A DNA stretch of 64,000 nt. Source: Octopus sinensis (Eukaryota). The stretch covers positions 164,734,001-164,798,000 of the forward strand of contig NC_042997.1 of the NCBI RefSeq assembly GCF_006345805.1. The letters are read 5' to 3'. Below, in pieces: positions 27,879 through 41,273 of the stretch; positions within the stretch are counted from its first letter, which is position 1; every line of letters begins with the position of its first letter. The notes beneath the pieces were generated by a model that made no database searches, was not told the origin of the DNA, and was given only the letters and a program-made list of their open reading frames with translations. The position numbers and the translations under genes are program-made.

Positions 27879-28299
27879 GATGCAGCCATTATGAGAAATA
27901 CCATCAATTTTAGTCTCGTCTAGACTGGATGGTAGGAATAACTCAGAGAAATTAATGCGTTTACTGTGCAAATCATTGCACAGAACGACAAACAAGCAAT
28001 AAGCAGGACACTGTGAAATAACAGGTCTGAAGAAAAATACTAGGCAAAATTTTACTACGTTATATGGTGGCTCGAACAGACGAGATTATTTTTCGGTTAT
28101 ATATGAGTGTGATATCCTTGCAGCAAACGCAAAAGAACAGTGACTATCGTAGTATCGGTATAAGAAACAGAAAGAGTGGATATAACTCAGTAGCGAGCCA
28201 CTAACAATGACATTTGAATATTTGCATATTAAGGAAGCGGTTATAGCTTTGATTTTTTTCCAAGAATATTTTCGTGTGAACAAGTTTGAGTGTGTTCAT

Positions 28300-28332
<33 letters not shown>

Positions 28333-28349
28333 GTGTGTGTGTGTGTGAA

Positions 28350-28552
28350 GTTAGAAAACAAAAGACGAAAGATGTAGGAACGAAAGGCTGGTGTATTAGT
28401 TTAACGCTCGGGTAAAATGTAAAAGTCTTTTACGTTTCAAGCTTAAGCTCTTCGACAGAAAAGATTAATAGGAAAAGAAAAGGAGAGAGAATGAAAAAAA
28501 AAACGGAGAGAGAGAGAGAAAGATATGTAGGGATTAATGGTCTAACATGATG

Positions 28553-28555
<3 letters not shown>
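28350..28555 (-). mobile_element. HHR-bearing repeat, copy 3, more diverged (HHR motif 28425-28463 on minus strand)
   Basis: Minus strand: CTTTT-CTGTCGA-A-GAGC-ttaa-GCTT-GAAA-CG-TA-AAAG. Flanked by microsatellites. Confidence 0.7.
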
Positions 28556-28629
<74 letters not shown>

Positions 28630-28741
28630 ATAGAGGGCATTATTATAGAGGGAATTTTTTTCTCTTATGAGGTTTTTCACGCTAACTACTTGATAATTTC
28701 TTGTTAAGATTCCTTATTAAGAAGTTATTCTTAATTGTTAA

Positions 28742-28781
<40 letters not shown>

Positions 28782-28783
28782 TA

Positions 28784-28828
<45 letters not shown>

Positions 28829-29821
28829 ATTATATATTATATATATTATATATATATATATAGATATATATATATTATATATATATATATATATATCTGA
28901 AACTCTACATGTATGTAATCCACCTGTTGATTGAAATATGTAGTGTCTTTGGTTTGAGCTTAATGCTGTTGTATGTTTTGAGATATTAAACCTTATCCTA
29001 ATGTTCCATCTGTTCTTCTGGAGTAATGTACCTTGGACAACAACTATTGGTGGGTCCTTTCATAAGACACTAACATATTGCTTGAGGTAGTATGAGCTAT
29101 TATTTCCAGCAGACTAAGCAACCATATAAAAACACCCACACTCGTTCGTGTGACGGCTAGCTGGTAGTTAATACAGAAGAGGAAATGGGCTGAAGAGATA
29201 ACCGGGCTCTGAAAATTTGATATAGATGCGGTTGGGGAAAGTCTATCAACACCTGCTGCGAATGAATGACCTGACAGGAAGTTTGCAGACCAAATGGTTA
29301 GTGTCAGACAGCTATCATTGCCAGGCGACTCACATGGCAGACATAGGGGAAGATTTCAGTGAAGTCACGGGAAAATAATTTGTTTTCCGCTAAAGAGATT
29401 ACAGTTATCTTTGGTAAAAGAGTAGGTCTCTTGAGTATCTGGCTCTGTACAACTCGAACAGATGGTCATTATTTTACTATAGAAGTGACTACCTATATGA
29501 ATGATAGATTGGTAGGTTTAAGGTGATGGCTTTCCTTGGTGATAGATTGTGTGCTCATGTATTTCGGTTTAAAAACATGATGAAAGTGATTGAAAAGCCT
29601 TCTAGGTGTCAACAACAACCCCAACGGCCAATTGTGTGAGAGGCATGACGAATGCATTGTTGCATAATAACGAGTATATTACTGCTTCTGGAGTAGTTGA
29701 TATTGTTATCGTTTAAGCCTACGTCTAGCCTGATCGGAGAGACCCATTATCAAAGGTATTTAAGTTGTAAACATATCTTTTCAGAGATATGCAGGACTAC
29801 ATCATGTAATATATCCTCTCC

Positions 29822-30212
29822 TCATTTACTCTTTTACATGTTTCAGTCATTTCACTGTGGCCATGCTGGAGCACCGCCTTTAGTCGAAGAAATCGACCCC
29901 AAAACTTTGTAAGCCTAGTACTTATTCTATCGTTCTCTTTGCCGAACCGCTAAGTTACGGGGACGTAAACACACCATCATCGGTTGTCAAGCGATGTTGG
30001 GGGACAAACACAGACACACAAACACAAACACACACACACACATATATATATACATATATACGACGGGCTTCTTTCAGTTTCCGTCAATCAAATCAACTCA
30101 CAAGGCTTTGGTCGGCCCAAGGCTATAGTAGAAGACACTTGCCCAAGGTGCTACGCAGTGGAACTGAACCCGGAACCATGTGGTTGCTAAGCAAGCCACT
30201 CCTGCGCCTATG
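29822..30212 (-). mobile_element. CORE-type SINE, followed by a Nin-SINE head fragment at 30215-30326
   Basis: Same family as 10538-10945 along its length. Confidence 0.85.
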
Positions 30213-31964
30213 AAATGAAAGGAAGATTCGACCTCGGCCGAATTTGAACCCAGAACGAAAAGACGGACGAAACGCCGTTCTTCATTTTTCCCGGCGTGCT
30301 AACGATTCGGTCAGCTCGCTGCCTTAGATAGCAGAAGGAAATTAGTTGCTATTTCTGGCATATTGAGCGACTATATTGCGGCTCGTTTGCGGGCTCTCTT
30401 ATGAAGAAACTACCGCATTTCGAAACTGTGTCTATCACTGTGCTGAGGTGAGTTGGCCAGAGTGGAAATCTCGTCTAAAAATTGGAGAGAAAGATAAAGA
30501 GTTTGTGGATAATCCCCGTTTATGCTGAAGGATTAAGGGCTTATTACAAAAACCGTAGGTGACTTCTGGAAATTTGGAGGAGAAATTTTTGATCGTAGAT
30601 TAAAATGTCGTGCTGTATTTTAGGAGAGACGTAGCACAAGAACTCATTTATCAACAATTATATCAATTATAAACCTTTACAGAAGTGTTTCAACTATGGA
30701 CATGTGTTTTTTTCTTCATTTTATAATTAGTGTAACTATATAGAGCCGAACAGCTATAAAAAAACTTAACCTTACTCGCACGAATATCCCATATCAATAG
30801 CATTTTAAATTATAAATCTGTACACAACTCTATGGTCGCGCATTTGGTTGGTAATTTTTTTCTCTTTATTACTCAATATATCTCCTAAATTAACGATTTT
30901 TGTTTCGGAAATAACAGCTTCTATCTTTGATATGACACAAAATAGTTTTTTAAACGAGGCCCTTCATATTGCCTTCATTAACTCCAACCTCATATTCAGT
31001 AAAATATATCGTGATCTCGGAAATTAGTGAGTAGTATATATCGCCTCTCGTAAATCCTCAAAAGAAGGTTTACGCCATCTACACATTCATAAAATCAATT
31101 CATTATCAATGATAACCTATTTTCATTAAAACGAATGATGTATTCGGAAAGTAACTAACCTGTTTTTACCAGCGATAAAAGTATATGGATGCTTCAAATG
31201 TTAATATCGCCCATGAAATCAAAAGGAGATTTACTTCACAGTGTAGTCCAAAATTGTTAATATTGGCAACGATATAAAGCGTATTCTAAAAAGTTTAACT
31301 CACGTTAATATATAAGGATGTTAATTGCGTGTCAATTGAAAAATTGGTAGAACGTTCTTTATCACTTATAAAAATTGATAACTTCTTGATTTTTATAAAA
31401 GTGAACAGCATAAAAAAAAAAATCCTGCTTTAATTTTACTCCATTAAAATCCAAACGTTTTTCATATATCTAGTTTAATGATATCTGAATAGAGGTTGAA
31501 TATTAAAGGATTTCTGAATCAATGAAAAGGAAGATTTTACAATCTGCAAGCCTATAATATTCTATCATAAATAAAATATGATATAATATAATATTATGTT
31601 AAAGGGTTTGTAAATAAAACCAGTTAATGATTTATTGGAAAATACTTCAGCAGTTGTAATATACTCGATAAAATACAAAATACTGAGAGATCAATACAAA
31701 GTATAGAGATAATACAACACAGTCTTATTGAAGAAACTTACATCCTTAATGACAAAGACGAGCTTGATGGCCGCTAAGAATATCTATCTTTTATCTTTCA
31801 CTTGTTTCAACCACGTCTGCGCCCTAAAGCTAACTTTCTAGGTTCTACCTAGACTTGAACTCGGATCGTTGGGTTTATATCCAGAGTGCTAATCAAACCA
31901 ATTACACTGATGAAAATTTGTGATTTTGAATCTTAGATCACCTCATTAATCAATATTAATATTA

Positions 31965-33112
31965 AATTACAGCTTGAATTCTACGAGCTATGGACTCGTA
32001 CTAAGTTTGAATTGTTTCCAAAGGAATTTTTGTCCATTCTTCAGCTAAAGCAGTCTCCTGTTCCTGTAGTGACGATAGGGGAGGATATCGACTCCTTACT
32101 TATTTTTTCTAAAATGCACCATAAATGTTTAATAATATTGATATCTAGGGACTGTGGTGACCAGATAAGATGCTCAACTTCACTAGAAAGTTCAACGTGC
32201 CATTCACTAACAACTTTAGCGGTGTGAATTGGTGCATTATCATCCTGAAAGATTGGGTTTCCCTCCGGAAGCACTTCCGCAACCATAGGATCAATTTGAT
32301 CAGTTAAAATGCTTAAATAGTTTTGATTATTTATTCTGTCATGAAGGGAAACCATTGGGCCGGCGGATTTCCTAGATATAGCCCCCACACCCAGATCATC
32401 ACAGACCCTCCTCTATGTTTAACAGTTGGAAGAAGGCAAATGCTTCTTTTAGCTATCTTCACACAGCCATACTCGGCCGTTGGTAGGAAATAAGGTAAAG
32501 GATGACTCGTCCGAGAAAATAACATTTTTCCACTGATCTAGGGACCAATTCTGTAGATTTTTACTCAACTCTAAACGCTTTGCAACGTTTGTTTTCGAAA
32601 GTAGTGGTTTTCTGATTGCAACCTTCCCATAAAATTCGGCTACAAAGCAGCTCCCGGCGAACAGTTTTTGTGGAAACTGGGTTCTCGTGGGTTCTCTGCA
32701 GTAATTTTGGGAGCTGTACTTTTGTGATCCTTTCTAACAATTCGCGTAAGAGTCCGACGGTCCCTATCTGAGAGTTGTGGTTTTCTTCTGGAGTCTTGTT
32801 TCGACGAGGAGGTTTTTCCCTCTTTCTCAAAGGCTGTCATTACTTTCGAGACAGTACTTTTTGATACACCAAATATATCGGCTGTTTTCGTCACGCTAGC
32901 ACCTCTTTGAAAGTCCGACAGATCTGTCATTTTAATAAATTTTAATTACCTTCTTCTGATCATACCTGAAAAGAAACCGCAATTTTAGCAAGACATATTA
33001 AGCAAAACTAATAACAAATCAATAAAAATAAAAATAAGCAAGCTTTTGACGATTTTATAGATATTTCAAAATTATGATGCTATAGGTGTTTCCATTATTT
33101 TGTCTAACCCCT

Positions 33113-33113
<1 letters not shown>
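31965..33113 (-). mobile_element. Tc1-like transposon with DD36E spacing, second copy, retaining the 5' TIR
   Basis: ORFs 32640-32930 and 32041-32388 closely match copy 1. TIR CAGGGGTTAGACAAAATAATGGAAACACC at 33113-33085, followed by TA. The E position reads K (AAA). Confidence 0.93.
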
Positions 33114-33158
<45 letters not shown>

Positions 33159-34763
33159 TTATAGGAGGAATCGAAATCATGAAGTTCATTTTCCCTGTTG
33201 CTACGAACACAATAATAACTTACGTAATTACTATAAAATGGAGAAAAACCCCTGCAAGGCTATATGAATAGATTGAATTACACTAAGATGATCTTTACCC
33301 AGAATAAAAACTTTTCATGATAAAATATTTACAACAGTAAGCAATGTTATTCAATGTAACTGGTTAATTGTTATATATGTTTAGTGCAATTTCATTCTTA
33401 AAATTAAGTACAGAGTTCAAAAATATTGCACGGATATATTTCTAAAATACACATACCCACAGCAATTATAATACCACGTATGACAACACTATATTAAGTG
33501 CAGCTATCAGTAGCCACAGTTATATCATGACCAAAGAATATAAACTATTGAAATGACTTCCTGATGACATGTTTCAAGAAAAGATTTATTTGTTTTAAAA
33601 CTGTCGCTACAAGACGGACTAACACTTGGCTAGTTTTGATAAAATACTCAATAAGAGAATATTCATAAATGATTAACGATACAGGGAAAAAAATATTCAC
33701 AACAGAATGTCTCTTCAGACTGACAAATAAACGCCTGTTTATGTTTCATTTCCATAAATGTTATGTTAGACAGAATCTTTAAGATCTCTCTCTCTCTCTC
33801 TCTTACTCTATGGCCATGCTGGAGCACCGCATTTACTCGAGCAAATCGACCCCAGGACTTATTCTTTGTAAGCCTAGTACTTATTCTATCGGTCACTTTT
33901 GCCGAACCGCTAAGTTACAGGGACGTAATCATTTATCATGATCATTTATTTTTGAGTGAATTGGAGCAACGTGAAATGAAGTGTTTTGCTAAAGAACACA
34001 ACGCATCGCTCGGTCCAGGAATTGAAATCACAATCCTACCATAATAAGTCGAATACTCAAACCATTAAGCCATACCCCCCCCCCATAGGATTCATGGTGG
34101 TTAGAAGATATTCAAAAGAAGTGGTTAGAAGGATTCATGGTGGTTAGAAGAGATTCAAGATAAATGTTCCTCCCAGTTATTAAAGCAAGGTTAAACTAGA
34201 AACTGAAACTAGTTCAGCAATATCCCTGTCATTGACCCGTCTGTCTCTCACATATTCGGCGAGGAATGATCAGGTGACTATTGATGGATGAAATATATCT
34301 ATGATATGTTCGATTTAAATAGCCTTTAAATGTCACCCATATCCCTTCGATGGTATCCACTAACCACAAATGTCAAACTGCTTCTATGGATCAGGTCTTC
34401 ACACATAAGTAAAGTAGCACTACGAGGGTTGGAAATTAGATCCCCGAAAAATATTCCCCGACGATACACACAAAAGGGAATTACACAGCTCTACTGCAAC
34501 ATAACATCAAAAGAAAAGCTTTCTGTTTATCTGTAGGTCATGCATGGCTTTGTTGTCAGAGAACTTCAAAGAGACAGTGGCATAGCTTACTCCGGCTAAA
34601 GCCAATTGAATTGATTCCAGTATTTGACCAGTAATTATTTTACCGACCACGCAAGTATAAAAAGCAGAATGATCACGCTGGGATTTAAATTCTGTGACGT
34701 AAGTGGATATCACAAAGCACAATCATTTTGGCTTCCACTGGCATTTGTTGTACAATAATAATA

Positions 34764-34800
<37 letters not shown>

Positions 34801-36010
34801 TAATAATAATGATGATAATAATAATAATAATAATAACGCATTCACACAATGTTGAAGTTAGACTACTAATTTGTACGGTAGACATATAGCACCATAGATT
34901 CTACATTTGGTTTATCACTGTAGCTCTGGAATTATAGTTTGGTCTAAATCAGGGTTGAGGAATTATGCGTGTGAGCACATGTAAAAAATTTTCCATTGTA
35001 TAAATTTATAGATATACACTATGTATTAAATTACTGTTTGCCTTTAAGGTTTAAACCGGTTTTGTTATTGAATGTAAGAGTAGGATTCATATCTTCTGGC
35101 ATAAATTATAAGCAAACGGGAAAATATATTGCTACGTGATCAGAATCTAATGACAAGACTGACTGAGACGACTGCATATCTAGAAACGAGGTTTCCATTA
35201 AGAATAACTTGCTTTTTCCTTCTCCAAGAAATCGGTAAGGTAGATTAAAGAAATACTTGTTCAATATGCAGTGCAGTGTTTCTCATATATTCTGCAGCTC
35301 CTTTTTTTATGATATCTGTTTCAAAATTATACATATAATCACTGGACAACTGATAAAATAAAAGAATATAAAATATTTATAGTTACAACTTACGTGACAT
35401 TTTGTCTTGTTGGGGTTTTAACATTAGAATTGAGAAAGCTAAAATTTTCTTAATGTTTCAACCAGTTTAAAAATTCAGCGTACATTTTCTTTAATCATTA
35501 GAAACAAACTAATGACAGATTTCGATTGCAGAAATTAACTTTTAATTGATATCATATTATATAGCTTGAACTATAGGGTTTAGTTTTATAAAATAGATGA
35601 TTATATTCACCGATGCAAGAAACAACTAGATGGTATTTTATAATATATTTTTGAAAATATCTCTGAAAATATTTATGTTGCGAATGAATTCTTTTGGTGT
35701 TAATATAAATATCTAGTTAATTATTACGAGTTGTTTGATATTTCAGTTTTGAATACTATTTTTTTTTATGTTGTTCATATCTATGAGTATAAAATTCAGG
35801 AAAATAACTAATGCTTGACTTTGTTTGTTAAATTAATGGGTTATTTACTTAGTTAAATTCAATTTAAAAGCAATAAATAACATTGATTTGAATTTTGTAA
35901 GTTCAGTACACATACACACACATGTATACAAAAATACACAAACATACATATGTATTATACATAAATACACACACAATTACAGAACGTACATGTTTGATAA
36001 ATACTACATA

Positions 36011-37488
36011 CAGGGGTTGAACAAAATAATGGAAACACCTTTTTATTCAACTACTTTTTTCTGTTGACAATATGACAATTCAAAACTGTTCTAGTACATA
36101 CATACACACTCACATTTGTGTGTGTGTGTGCTCAAATGCATTTTTTATACCTATTTCTTTATTACCCACAAGGGGCTAAACACAGAGGGGACAAACAAGG
36201 ACAGACATAGGTATTAAGTCGATTACATCGACCCCAGTGCGTAACTGGAACTTAATTTATCGATCCCGAAAGGATGAAAGGCAAAGTCGACCTCGGCGGA
36301 ATTTGAACTCACAACGTAACGCAGACGAAATACCGCTAAGCATTTCGCCCGGCGTGTTAACGTTTCTGTCAGCTGGCCTTCCTTGTACTTAGTGATATAC
36401 CCCTCTGTTCTGAGATTTTTTTCCTTCTTACTACAGATATTTATATTTAAATAAGTTAAAATACGTGACCTATCTATTTTCCAGAGAGGTCAAAATGTTG
36501 GAGTGCAAACGGCTGAAACTTTAGTCACCAAAACAGCTGAATTGCTTAATGTTTTGAGAGGCACAATCACTACAGTTATGCTGGCGTTCCAAAACCAAGC
36601 TAAAAAATATTCTGGCAAGCGTAATTCTAGACAGAAGGCAAAGTTCACTGAGAAAGACTTCAGAACAGTAAAAAGTATTGGACTTAAAAACTTTCAAACA
36701 ACAGACGCAAACGTGGCGGCAGATCTTAATCACCACCTTTCCAGACCTATACCAACGAAAACCGTTCGTCGTGAGCTCCGTAAAGCAATATATTATTGGA
36801 AGGTTGCAACTCATTGGCGGGAAAAATGATGCTTTGACTATCAGAAGTGGTCAATGGCTTAGTAGAACAATGTCATCTCAGATGATTCATCATTCACCCT
36901 TTTCTCTCACTTTGAGACTGGTATATTATCTTGAGACAGTCCGAAGAAGCCTTCGATCCTGGTTGCTTGGTCCCTATCGTGAAGCACAGAGATGGCTCTG
37001 TGATGATTTTAATAGCCTTATCACGGAATAATCTTAACCATTTAGTTGTTCTACATCGCAGAATTAACACCAAGAATTATCTGAGTATTTTGATCGATGT
37101 CGATCTTATGGTACAAACATTGTTCCCTGATGGCAGTGCGATCTTCCAGGACAAAATGCGCCAATTCACACGGCTAGTATTATTTAAAATTAGTACGAAG
37201 AATACAAACGTGATGCAGACCGCGTGAATTAGCCCCACAGTCACATGATTTCATTATAACCGAACCTTTATAATGTATTTGGGAGCAGCACGTGAGCCGC
37301 CGTTTCCCCCCGCCACGCTGCCGAAAAGTTAAAGCAAGTGTTACTTGAATAATGGCTTAAGATTCCCCTAACAACTGTTCAGAACCTATACGAGACAATT
37401 CCTTGACGTAGTAAAGCTATGATTGATACCAAATGAGGATTAATACCGTATCAAATAATAGACTTCCATTTATTTTGTCCAATCTCAT
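36011..37488 (+). mobile_element. Older related Tc1-like element with DD36E spacing and both TIRs
   Basis: TA+CAGGGGTTGAACAAAATAATGGAAACACC at 36009; degenerate inverted copy TTCCATTTATTTTGTCCAATCTC at 37464. ORFs 36503-36829 and 36931-37227 are Tc1-like; GAA is retained at 37262. Confidence 0.85.
36146..36380 (-). mobile_element. Young Nin-domain SINE inserted in the Tc1-like element
   Basis: Near identical to 41274-41536. Confidence 0.85.
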
Positions 37489-37510
37489 TAAATATATATA
37501 TATATATATA

Positions 37511-37870
37511 CTAGCAGTATCGCCCGGCGTTGCTCAGGTTTGTAAGGGAAATAACTATAAAGCATTTTTAGAGAGTTATAGCCAAAAAATAGCAAAAAGA
37601 TGGAAAAAAATGATGGTAAATATTTTTTTGATAGTTAAAAAGGTGGAGTTGCGTCCCCTAGACAGTTTGTGTTCCTGATTCTCGACCCCATGTCGAATTT
37701 ATCGATTTTTTTCAGAACTGGGGGAACTTTTCAAAAATTTCGCTGCGTTAGTTTTGAATTATGACATTGGGCTATGTGTGTGTCAAGTTTCATCAGAATC
37801 GGTTGAAAGCCGTGGTCAGGGTGAGGGTACAAGCAAACAGACACACAGAAACACGCACAGACAAACTGCC

Positions 37871-37880
<10 letters not shown>
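37511..37880 (-). mobile_element. Non-autonomous Helitron-type element
   Basis: Minus-strand 3' end CCTG-AGCAACGC-CGGG hairpin, then CGATACTG-CTAG|T. The other end runs into (TA)n after ACAGACAAACTGCCGTTTATATA. The same terminus occurs at 51910-51937. Confidence 0.65.
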
Positions 37881-37912
<32 letters not shown>

Positions 37913-38087
37913 TATATTATATATATATATGTGTGTGTGTGTGTGTGAATGTATTTCGCTTAGACATTGAGACACTAATAACCTGGTGTAGAACTCAATA
38001 TAAGTATGCTTCAGAACGAAGCGTTAGCCAAATACAGAGCAGTAAAAAGATAATGAGATGAGAAAGGAATAAACGGTTATCTTCGTT

Positions 38088-38305
38088 TATTATCTTATGA
38101 ACTTCATCAGCTTAAGGTTGTTTCAGCTGAGATGCAATGGATTCATAGTTGGAGTGCTCGAGTAACACCTTATAGCTCCATCGGAGCTTCGCACATCATA
38201 TGCGAGGCCCCGACGAAGCTATAAGGTGTTACTCAACTATTCAACCATGAGTCCACTGCATCTTATTGCAGAAACAGCTGTAAGCTAATAAAGTTCATAT
38301 AATAG
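38088..38305. mobile_element. Foldback element (about 105-bp arms, 7-nt loop) with a degenerate HHR in each arm
   Basis: 38088-38193 and 38201-38305 are diverged reverse complements. Right arm reads CCGACGA-AGCT...GAAAC-AGCT-GTA-AGCT. Confidence 0.7.
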
Positions 38306-38327
38306 TAGTTTATTCTTGTGTCATTTT

Positions 38328-38380
<53 letters not shown>

Positions 38381-39321
38381 CAACGTCACTGGTGTCAAGC
38401 AGTATGTGCCTTTGCCTTTCCCTAAGATAACATCGGAGGCGTGGAGAGTGGCGGCTGGTATACATGGGCAACTACTGGTCTTCCACAAACAACTTTTCCC
38501 GGACTTGTTCCTCAGAGGGAAACTCTATAGGTGCAGTATAGGGTAAGGGATTCAAGTCGCTATTTCAGGGCATGACGATGCTGCATTACACGTCATGGAT
38601 TCAGCTGGCTCTAGCTGATAGTATCAACTATTGACTCTTGACTAGGATTATGGAACTCCAGTTATGGCTGATTAGCTTCACTGACTTGTGAGATAAAGAT
38701 TAGAGATTAAATCTTATAATAAAAGCAGCGTGGAGTTCTTAAAACGGTCTGGTGTCCGACCAACTGGACACTCTTTCGGCTATTGCTGCAAACTGAACGT
38801 ACTGCTCTGCATATCTCTGGAATACAACAGCAAGGCCGAGGGAAGGACTCTGACGTCTAAGCAGCCCATAATTTCCAGGTCTGCTCAGTCCAGGTTTGTG
38901 TCCTTAGAAAGCACTAACCATGGTTACAAGACTTCATTGTCTCTTGAAACAAATGGGTAACAAAAATATTTTATGTCGGTTCGCTGTTGTATAATATAAC
39001 ATTATATATATTTGTATGTTTTATATATTTTAACGAGCTCATTTCTGAGATATTTTATGACAAGAGATGAAATTTATAATTTTTCCATTTAACTTTATGT
39101 AATATTTCCCAAAGAACACTTACATACACACGTATGTATGTATGTATGTATGTAGTATGTATGTATGTATGTATGTATGTATGTATGTATGTATGTATGC
39201 AAGTATGTATGTATGTACATATGCATACATACATATATACATACGTACATGTATACATACACACACACACACATATATATATATAAATATATATATACAT
39301 ATACATACATATATAATATAT

Positions 39322-39385
<64 letters not shown>

Positions 39386-39809
39386 TATATGCATACACTC
39401 CCGTACAGATACACACACACATATATATATATATATATATGTATATAAAATTTTGTGATATTTTATGAGAAATGAGACAATTCTCAATTATTTTCCTCCT
39501 CATTAAAATAACTATTAGTAGGTAAGTATATAAATTTCCGCGAAATCATGATTACTTCTATTCACAACTGCTTTAGATGTGTATGATCAGTTGATTCTTT
39601 TGTTTACATAAGTGAAAACATTGGGCACTCTTTTGAGAATAGCAAACATGTTTTATGGCATACACATTGACACAGAAAATGTATTTGATATTACGAACAA
39701 TGAAATCTAATAAAAACATTAAATAGTCATGCATTTGGCTCGGAAATTACTTTTCTAATTAGGAAACAATTCTCATTAGTATTGGCTCCTGGGCTGAATT
39801 ACAACTGCA

Positions 39810-40640
39810 TTTATTTATCACATTGTCCACCATACCACCTCAAGGATCTGACTTGGATCCACTCTTATTTGTAATTTATATAAATGACCTTCAATGTTCT
39901 GTATAAATAATGTAAAACATTATTTTCTTGATGATATCAATCTGCTTAATACTGATAATAACTGAAATAAAAATCAGAGAGAATACTATAAAACGAGTAA
40001 AATATCTAATAAACATGTTCTGTATTGCGAGTTTAAATCCAACATACAACTAAAGCTCTTCTTCATTGTCGCTATAAATGCCTCGTCGCATAATCCCTGG
40101 CGTGATGACCTCTCATAAATAACATCGTTAAAATTGCATTACAAAGACTAGACTTCCTCTTCAGAATCGTAAAAATAATTCAGCATTGATCTGTTGTTGC
40201 TCATTGGCTAAAAAGCTCAAATGCAAATCGCTTGAGAGATCTGCCCACGTATTTGGGACATTGGCGTTGTTAAAATATTTCAGAGTATGTACAAACAGAA
40301 ACCGTTCAATTAACTGACTAGTGAAGACTCACTCATCAACATGGTTGAATCGCTGCTCACAGACTGTTTCATCTATCTGTACTCTCCTATAGAAACTCCA
40401 ATGGCATCTGCCCTTCTGAAATAACAAGAGTTACCACTTCTCACCCATTACCGTATTAGATGGCATAAAGGTGCATGGGCGTATTAGACGCACCTCAAAT
40501 CAAAGTAGCGCATAATCAGCACATAATCTTTTTTGTACTCGTTTACCAAAACACATTTAGCCACTCTCCACATGCAAATACAACCACCACTTTCACCAGT
40601 AAAGATGCCTGATTCATACGATGGAGATATTCTTTTGCGG
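39810..40640 (+). mobile_element. Decayed CR1/L2/Jockey-group LINE (RT motifs and 3' region)
   Basis: PQGSDLDPLLFVIYINDL at about 39839-39892 and FLDDINLL at about 39925 match RT domains 4-5. Later NGICPSEI and PDSYD resemble the CR1-type C-terminus. Confidence 0.6.
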
Positions 40641-40664
40641 TCTTAATGTTAATATTTGATAGGT

Positions 40665-41070
40665 TAGCGAGGTGGCGAGCCGGCAGAATCGTTAGCTCGC
40701 CGGACAATATGCTAAGCAGTATTTCGTCCGGATTTTAGGTTCTAAATTCAAATGTCGCCGATGTCGACTTTGCTTCTCATCCTTTCAGAGTCGATAAAAT
40801 AACTAACAGTTGCGCACTGGAAAATATGTAATCAGCTTAATCCCGCTTCTCAAATTGCTGGCCTTGTGCAAAAATTTGAAATCAATATTTGATAGGATAG
40901 TAAGGCAGCGAGCTAGCAGAATCGTTAACATGCCGGACAAAATGCTTAGCTGCATTTCGTCCGTCATTACGTTCTGATTTCAAATGGTCGAGTTTGCCTT
41001 TCATCCCTTCGGGGTCGATAAAATAAGTGCCAATTGATGACTGAGGGTAAATATAATCGATTAACCCCTG
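40665..41070 (+). mobile_element. Two older Nin-domain SINEs in tandem
   Basis: Two heads (AGGTGGCGAGCCGGCAG, AAGGCAGCGAGCTAGCAG), each followed by CATCC.TTC.G.GTCGATAAAATAA. Confidence 0.7.
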
Positions 41071-41273
41071 CGACGAATTGGCATCCTGCTTAAGGGGAAA
41101 GCTGTGACCTCGATCACTTACAAGGCATAGAAACCGGATAAACGGCCCAACGAGTCCTAGCACTCGAGTCCAGTCGACTTACTACTCCACTAAGTAGGAT
41201 GAATTGTAAGCACCGATCCAAACAAAGTCTCATCTCAGAACATAAAGAGACGTAGCCCAATGCTACAAATACC

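Noticed and set aside
29185-29225. CTGAAGA...GAAA as an HHR
   Set aside because: No stem I complement follows any candidate cleavage site.
30980-31100. VVYIASRKSSKEGL resembling a PIF1/Helitron helicase motif
   Set aside because: A single short, imperfect match with adjacent stops in AT-rich DNA; chance is likely.
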